Assembly (NCBI GenBank): GCA_965250005.1
Contig: OZ252279.1
Span: forward strand, 600,001-632,000
Length of the DNA stretch: 32,000 nt
Direction: 5' to 3'
DNA from: Demequinaceae bacterium
GTDB taxonomy: Bacteria > Actinomycetota > Actinomycetes > Actinomycetales > Demequinaceae
Shown here one piece after another: positions 27,429 through 32,000 of this stretch. The position numbers and the translations under genes were made by a program. Position 1 is the first letter of the stretch; the number at the start of each line of letters is the position of its first letter. The notes under the pieces are model-generated. The model made no database searches, was not told the origin of the DNA, and saw only the letters and a program-made list of their open reading frames with translations.

Positions 27429-28418
27429 ATGCCATCAGCAAATCATTCGGCGGCGCTTGGCGCGACCTACGCCCTAGTGGGCGCCGCGCTCTTCGGCATC
27501 AACGGTTCTGTCTCCAAGGTGGTCGTGGGTGCCGGCGTCACGCCCGAGCAGGTGACACTCGGGCGCTCATCTGCGACCGCCATAATCGCGGGCATCTGGC
27601 TGCTGGCAACGGCGCGCGAGCAGTTCCACCTCAGCGGCCGCGACTTTGTGCGGCTCGCTGCGCTCGGCGTCGCAGGCCTGGCCATGATTCAGTGGCTGTA
27701 CACCCTCGCCATCTCGATCTTGCCCGTTGGCGTGGCTCTGCTCATCCAATACACCGCCGTAGTTATGGTGGCGCTCTGGGCGGGGCTCGTGTACCGCGAG
27801 CACATACATCCACACCTCTGGGTTGCGATCGGAGCCGTGCTCGTTGGCCTCGCCGTTGTCGCGCAGATCTGGGACAGCGACCTTCGCCCGCTCGGAGTCC
27901 TTGCGGCGATCGGAGCGGCTGTGGCGTACGCCTTCTACTTCCTTGCAGGCGCGCGTGGGGTAGCACGACGGCCGCCCATCGCCGTCGCGTTCTGGGCGTC
28001 TCTATTTGCAGCCGCGTTCTGGGTGATATTCAGCCGCTGGTGGCAGCTTGAGCCGTCGACCGTGACGGCGTCCACGTCGCTCGGAGGCAACCTCACCCAC
28101 CTGGCTGTGCCCGTCTGGGTGCTGTTCCTGTGGGTGGTGACGCTCGGCGCGTTTGCGCCGTTCCTGCTGTCGTTCCTAGCGCTCAAGCACCTGAGCGCTA
28201 CGGCAGTAGGCATCCTGGCGTCATCAGAGGTGCTCTTCGCGTTCGTTGTCGCTTGGCTGTGGCTCAACGAAAAGCTCTCACTGCTTCAAGTTGGCGGCGC
28301 AGCAGTGGTGTTCGTAGGAATCGTGATCGCGCAGACCGCTCGGGCCAAGCGAACGAATAGCGCCGATGCACCGGTTGCCGTCGCGGGCGACATCCCGATT
28401 ACACTGTCCGACAACTAA
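27429..28418 (+). CDS. EamA/DMT family transporter
   Basis: 329 aa, about 10 hydrophobic segments; GAALFGINGSVSKVVVGAGVTPEQVTLGR and the second EamA repeat ending LKHLSATAVGILASSEVLFAFVVAWLWLNEKLSLLQVGGAAVVFVGIVI. Confidence 0.93.
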   Translation: MPSANHSAALGATYALVGAALFGINGSVSKVVVGAGVTPEQVTLGRSSATAIIAGIWLLATAREQFHLSGRDFVRLAALGVAGLAMIQWLYTLAISILPVGVALLIQYTAVVMVALWAGLVYREHIHPHLWVAIGAVLVGLAVVAQIWDSDLRPLGVLAAIGAAVAYAFYFLAGARGVARRPPIAVAFWASLFAAAFWVIFSRWWQLEPSTVTASTSLGGNLTHLAVPVWVLFLWVVTLGAFAPFLLSFLALKHLSATAVGILASSEVLFAFVVAWLWLNEKLSLLQVGGAAVVFVGIVIAQTARAKRTNSADAPVAVAGDIPITLSDN

Positions 28419-28676
28419 CGGATTTGCCGGCACGGAATGCGTTGATGCTTGTCCCCGTGCTTTCTGCGATACTGGCGGACTTCGCTACCGTCCAGGACGG
28501 CCAGAGCGATGACCTATCCGATCCCTCAACTGACGGCAACTCCAGGCAACTTCACCCGCGGACGGGCGAAAGGAACACCCGTAGTACGAGGACGCCCGTT
28601 GGGACCGCGATCGCGACGGCAGCGGCAGCGTTGCGAGCCAGAAACTGACTGGGCCACGTGCCTCCCGCGTCTCGCA

Positions 28677-30044
28677 CTAGTCGAGGTAGTCGCGCAGCAC
28701 CTGTGAGCGCGAAGGGTGGCGCAACTTAGACATGGTCTTGGACTCGATCTGGCGAATGCGCTCGCGCGTGACGCCAAAGACGCGGCCGATCTCGTCAAGA
28801 GTTTTGGGCTGTCCATCGGTGAGCCCGAAACGCATCCCGACCACGCCAGCCTCGCGCTCGCTAAGCGTGTCCATGACTTTGCTGAGTTCTTCTTGCAGGA
28901 GTGTGAAGCCTACCGCGTCGGCTGGCACGACCGCCTCAGAATCCTCGATCAGGTCTCCGAATTCGCTGTCGCCATCCTCGCCGAGCGGCGTGTGCAGCGA
29001 GATAGGTTCGCGTCCGTACTTCTGGACCTCGACTACCTTCTCTGGTGTCATGTCGAGCTCAGCGGCGAGCTCCTCAGGCGTGGGCTCGCGGCCCAAGTCT
29101 TGGAGCATCTGACGCTGGACGCGGGCAAGCTTGTTGATCACCTCAACCATGTGGACCGGGATGCGAATGGTGCGCGCCTGGTCTGCCATCGCGCGCGTGA
29201 TCGCCTGGCGGATCCACCACGTAGCGTAGGTCGAGAACTTGTATCCCTTGGCGTAGTCAAATTTCTCGACCGCCCGAATAAGTCCCAGGTTTCCCTCCTG
29301 GATCAGGTCGAGAAACAGCATCCCGCGACCGGTGTAGCGCTTCGCGAGCGACACCACGAGGCGAAGGTTGGCCTCGAGCAGGTGGTTCTTGGCGTGGCGG
29401 CCGTCGTTCGCGATCCACTCGAGTTCGCGACGTGCCTTCGCGTTCATCTTCTTGGACTCAGCCAACTTCTCTTCTGCGAATAGGCCGGCCTCAATGCGCT
29501 TGGCGAGGTCGACCTCTTGCTCCGCGTTGAGGAGCGCGACCTTGCCGATCTGCTTGAGGTAGTCCTTGACCGGGTCCGCTGTGGCGCCCGCAGTAATAAC
29601 TTGCTGCGGCGGAGCGTCGTCGTCAGTCGCGCCAAGCACAAAGCCCTTGGACTCCGGCTCTTCAGGCTCAGTGGTGGCCTTGCCCTTTGTCGTCGTTTCG
29701 TCACTCGCCTTGGTGGGTGCGGCAGCGTCCTTCTTTTTGGCGGCCGTCTTCTTCGCGGGCGCCTTCTTCCCGCCCGTGGTATCTGGAGCGCTCGCAGACG
29801 ACGACTTGGCTGCCGGAGCCTTCTTGCTCGCTTGCGCCTTCTTGTCCGCAGCCGGGTCGGCGGGCGCACTAGCCTTGGCGCGCGCAGTCTTGGCAGGTGC
29901 GCTGGCCGCTCGGGTGGACTTCTTCGTTGCCGATTTTGCTCCGCTAGACGCGGTCGCGGACTTGATGGCGGCGGCTGCTGACTGGGGCTTCAACTCGTCG
30001 GAACTGCCTTCGGCTTTGCGACGTTTGAAAATGCTAGGCGACAC
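28677..30044 (-). CDS. sigA: Primary RNA polymerase sigma factor (RpoD/SigA/HrdB)
   Basis: 455 aa; Lys/Ala-rich N-terminal extension, [124 protein letters not shown]. Confidence 0.98.
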   Translation of the reverse strand: MSPSIFKRRKAEGSSDELKPQSAAAAIKSATASSGAKSATKKSTRAASAPAKTARAKASAPADPAADKKAQASKKAPAAKSSSASAPDTTGGKKAPAKKTAAKKKDAAAPTKASDETTTKGKATTEPEEPESKGFVLGATDDDAPPQQVITAGATADPVKDYLKQIGKVALLNAEQEVDLAKRIEAGLFAEEKLAESKKMNAKARRELEWIANDGRHAKNHLLEANLRLVVSLAKRYTGRGMLFLDLIQEGNLGLIRAVEKFDYAKGYKFSTYATWWIRQAITRAMADQARTIRIPVHMVEVINKLARVQRQMLQDLGREPTPEELAAELDMTPEKVVEVQKYGREPISLHTPLGEDGDSEFGDLIEDSEAVVPADAVGFTLLQEELSKVMDTLSEREAGVVGMRFGLTDGQPKTLDEIGRVFGVTRERIRQIESKTMSKLRHPSRSQVLRDYLD

Positions 30045-30208
30045 GAACGACCTCTCGGATGTGGTGATTGCGCTGGCTCGCTGGGTGCTCCGGCCTGTCG
30101 CCGTCGCGCAATACAGTTAATTGTAGCGCCAGCGCGCAAGTCGTATGCCCAATCCTTCGCTCTGAGCTCGTTGCCCGAGAGCGCATTCCGGCCAAAAGAG
30201 ACAATCGG

Positions 30209-31276
30209 CTACGCGGCCCTCTTCCAGCCTGGCTGAATCCCGGCTAGTAGCGTGCACTCCAGGAGCCCCGCGAGCCGATACCCGGGTTCCGCGGCCTGTG
30301 CCCCCTCGAGCATATCGCGGCAGACCACCGAGTCGCCGTCCCACCATGCGATCAACGCCTGCAGGGTGAGCGTAGGAGCGCGCTGATCCTGCCGCGCGAG
30401 CGACGTGAGCCGGCCGCACAGCTCCCAGGCGACAGCAACCAGCGAATCCGTAGGACGTCGGCCCTGCTCGGGAGAGAGCAATACGTCGAGAGCCGCAGAT
30501 ACCTGATTCGGGGCTGATCCAGCGAGAATCCCGCGAGCAGTCGCGAGCCTGCCTGGAAGGAGCGAAACCACCACGGCGTCCCTCACAGCGCGGTCTTGAA
30601 GTGCTGCCACGAGCTTCCCCGCGTGCGCATCCGTGGGCATGTCCCCTCGCGCCGCCGCTTTCCACGCACCCCGCCAAAGCGCAAAGGAGTCCCGGCGCCA
30701 TGTGGCGCCGTCGCGCTCTCGGTGGGCCCACCAGCGGTCCCCTGCGCGCGCCGCGCGCCTGCGGGACGGTTCGCCAGGCGATCGCGTTGTGGGGGCGCGG
30801 CCCGCTTCCGAGCCGTGTGGGTACATGCGAACACTCGCGAGCTTTCTGTTGCGAGCGACAGCGGTAGGCACGACGGTGCCGTTCTGCGGGCAGCACGTGT
30901 ACTTCGCGCACCCAGGCGAAAAATACCGCCCGTCCACGACTGCCCACCCCTCAACGTCGATCCCTGCCGCAAGGAGGGCGGGGCGAAGCGCGTCTGTTGC
31001 CGCACAGTCCAATCGCACAGCATCATCCGTGAATGAAACGGCAACCACGCTACGCGCACCGTCGCGCGCGAGATGAGCAACGATGCCTCGCACGAGGGGG
31101 CTGGCAACATCCGGTTGCAGACAATCAGTGCGATCCACGCGCAGCAGCACACCCAACTTGCCGCCTTCGAGAATCGCGACAAGGACGACAGACTCTCGCG
31201 GCTCGAACCCCAGCAGCACGGGAATCGTCGCTATCAACTCGCCAGGGCCGCGGATGTGGTGTCGGTGAGTCATCAC
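30209..31276 (-). CDS. DUF4192 domain-containing protein
   Basis: 355 aa; IRGPGELIATIPVLLGFEPRESVVLVAI and LAWxxWxxGD-like region (ALIAWWDGDSVVCRDMLEGAQAAEPGYRLAGLL); start GTG 31276 or ATG 31273. Confidence 0.88.
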   Translation of the reverse strand: MMTHRHHIRGPGELIATIPVLLGFEPRESVVLVAILEGGKLGVLLRVDRTDCLQPDVASPLVRGIVAHLARDGARSVVAVSFTDDAVRLDCAATDALRPALLAAGIDVEGWAVVDGRYFSPGCAKYTCCPQNGTVVPTAVARNRKLASVRMYPHGSEAGRAPTTRSPGEPSRRRAARAGDRWWAHRERDGATWRRDSFALWRGAWKAAARGDMPTDAHAGKLVAALQDRAVRDAVVVSLLPGRLATARGILAGSAPNQVSAALDVLLSPEQGRRPTDSLVAVAWELCGRLTSLARQDQRAPTLTLQALIAWWDGDSVVCRDMLEGAQAAEPGYRLAGLLECTLLAGIQPGWKRAA

Positions 31277-31363
31277 TCAACGCTGAAGCACCGTCCAACG
31301 CGTGGCCACAGCAACCGCGCTTGCTGTGGGCGGTTTTGCTGTCAGGGGGCCTGGGGACCACCG

Positions 31364-31714
31364 CTAGAAAAGGATCTGCGCCACCCGCCGCACGTGGGCC
31401 CTGCTGCCCGAACGCAGAGTCTCGATGGGCGACGCGCCCAGCTCGGGGTGCTCATCGAGCATCCATGCCATCGCCTCGTCGTCGTCGAGTCCAGCGTCCC
31501 CAAGCATGGTCAAGGTCCCGTGGAGCCAGCGATGAGGCGTCACGCCGTGCATACTCTCGTCGAGGAATACCTCAGGAACATAGAGCGCGCTGTTTTCTCC
31601 ACGCCGAACTGCGAGCAGTTTGCGATCGTGCAATAGGTCGCGAACTCTACTCAACGGCACCCCAAGTCGCTCCGCCACATCAGGGACGGCCAGCCAGACA
31701 ATTCGATTCGACAC
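31364..31714 (-). CDS. Rv2175c family DNA-binding protein
   Basis: 116 aa; WLAVPDVAERLGVPLSRVRDLLHDRKLLAVRRGENSALYVPEVFL winged-helix/excisionase-like; divergent from the pknL-like gene as in mycobacteria. Confidence 0.92.
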   Translation of the reverse strand: MSNRIVWLAVPDVAERLGVPLSRVRDLLHDRKLLAVRRGENSALYVPEVFLDESMHGVTPHRWLHGTLTMLGDAGLDDDEAMAWMLDEHPELGASPIETLRSGSRAHVRRVAQILF

Positions 31715-31720
31715 GACACA

Positions 31721-31726
31721 AGCCTA
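31721..31726 (-). promoter_or_regulatory. -10-like TAGGCT exactly 6 nt before GTG of the Rv2175c-like gene
   Basis: Minus strand TAGGCT-TGTGTC-GTG(31714); no Shine-Dalgarno. Confidence 0.6.
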
Positions 31727-31792
31727 CAAACAACGCGGAGCGCTGATTGCCTCTGCGCGTTTCGGTCATCAGGCCAGCCCCGCGCACGGCCC

Positions 31793-31798
31793 TAGAAT
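31793..31798 (+). promoter_or_regulatory. -10-like TAGAAT exactly 6 nt before GTG of the pknL-like gene
   Basis: TAGAAT-GTGTTC-GTG(31805); no Shine-Dalgarno. Confidence 0.65.
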
Positions 31799-31804
31799 GT
31801 GTTC

Positions 31805-32000
31805 GTGCCCAAGACCGCTATTGACCCACTTGTCGGCCAAGTAGTCGACGACCGCTACTTGGTGCGCGAACTCATCGCCAAAGGCGGAATGGCCACGGTC
31901 TACCTTGCGACAGACCGCCGCCTAGGTCGCGACGTCGCCCTCAAGATCATGCGGCCGGCCCTCGCTGGCGAAGGAACCACGAGCGACTTCATATCGAGGT
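31805..32000 (+). CDS. pknL: Serine/threonine protein kinase, 5' part (truncated by window end)
   Basis: Translation VPKTAIDPLVGQVVDDRYLVRELIAKGGMATVYLATDRRLGRDVALKIMRPALAGEGTTSDFISR shows the glycine-rich loop and VALK lysine; open to the window end. Confidence 0.9.
   Translation, partial: MPKTAIDPLVGQVVDDRYLVRELIAKGGMATVYLATDRRLGRDVALKIMRPALAGEGTTSDFISR

Noticed and set aside
28424-28648. 75-aa plus-strand ORF between the EamA and sigA genes
   Set aside because: It begins only 6 nt after the EamA stop codon in the gap between convergent genes, with no ribosome-binding site or known motif. An internal hydrophobic start (MLVPVLSAILADFATV) is weakly suggestive, but not enough to call it.
30120-30125. 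TACAAT (minus strand) as the sigA -10 box
   Set aside because: Good hexamer 75 nt upstream of the sigA start codon, but no matching -35 at 16-18 nt; left as a possibility only.
30117-30947. 276-aa minus-strand ORF overlapping the DUF4192 gene
   Set aside because: Arg/Gly/Ala-rich product typical of an alternate-frame translation of a GC-rich gene; the overlapping frame matches a known family.
1-32000. CRISPR array, transposase, integrase, toxin-antitoxin, phage or biosynthetic cluster
   Set aside because: No spaced direct repeats, no mobile-element or defence protein motifs, and gene order is conserved housekeeping synteny. The window gives no support for a new multi-gene system.

Overview
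The window reads as an ordinary, gene-dense housekeeping segment of a high-GC actinobacterium (Micrococcales-like, by inference). Gene content and order resemble the Mycobacterium tuberculosis Rv2671-Rv2703 neighbourhood: RibD_C reductase, DUF3000, RNase D/HRDC, dxs, aconitase, TRAM methyltransferase, APC permease, two TrkA-like subunits, DUF3159, OB-fold, dut, DUF4193, inositol phosphatase and sigA. To this are added sepH, an alkaline-phosphatase-like gene, DUF5998, a convergent topoisomerase subunit pair (parC/parE-like), an EamA transporter, DUF4192, an Rv2175c-like gene and the 5' end of a Ser/Thr kinase (pknL-like). I saw no CRISPR, tRNA, rRNA, transposase, prophage or defence island, and no convincing new multi-gene system. 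Items worth a second look: (1) a repeated layout in which a TANNNT -10-like box sits exactly 6 nt before the start codon at six genes, suggesting leaderless transcripts; (2) a tandem pair of divergent small membrane protein paralogs; (3) an 18-bp perfect hairpin; (4) a TAGCGACC x5 tandem repeat next to a CTAG-rich palindrome, with a small unannotated ORF alongside; (5) an ATP-grasp ligase resembling D-aspartate ligases; (6) a compacted dut-OB-fold junction lacking DUF3710.
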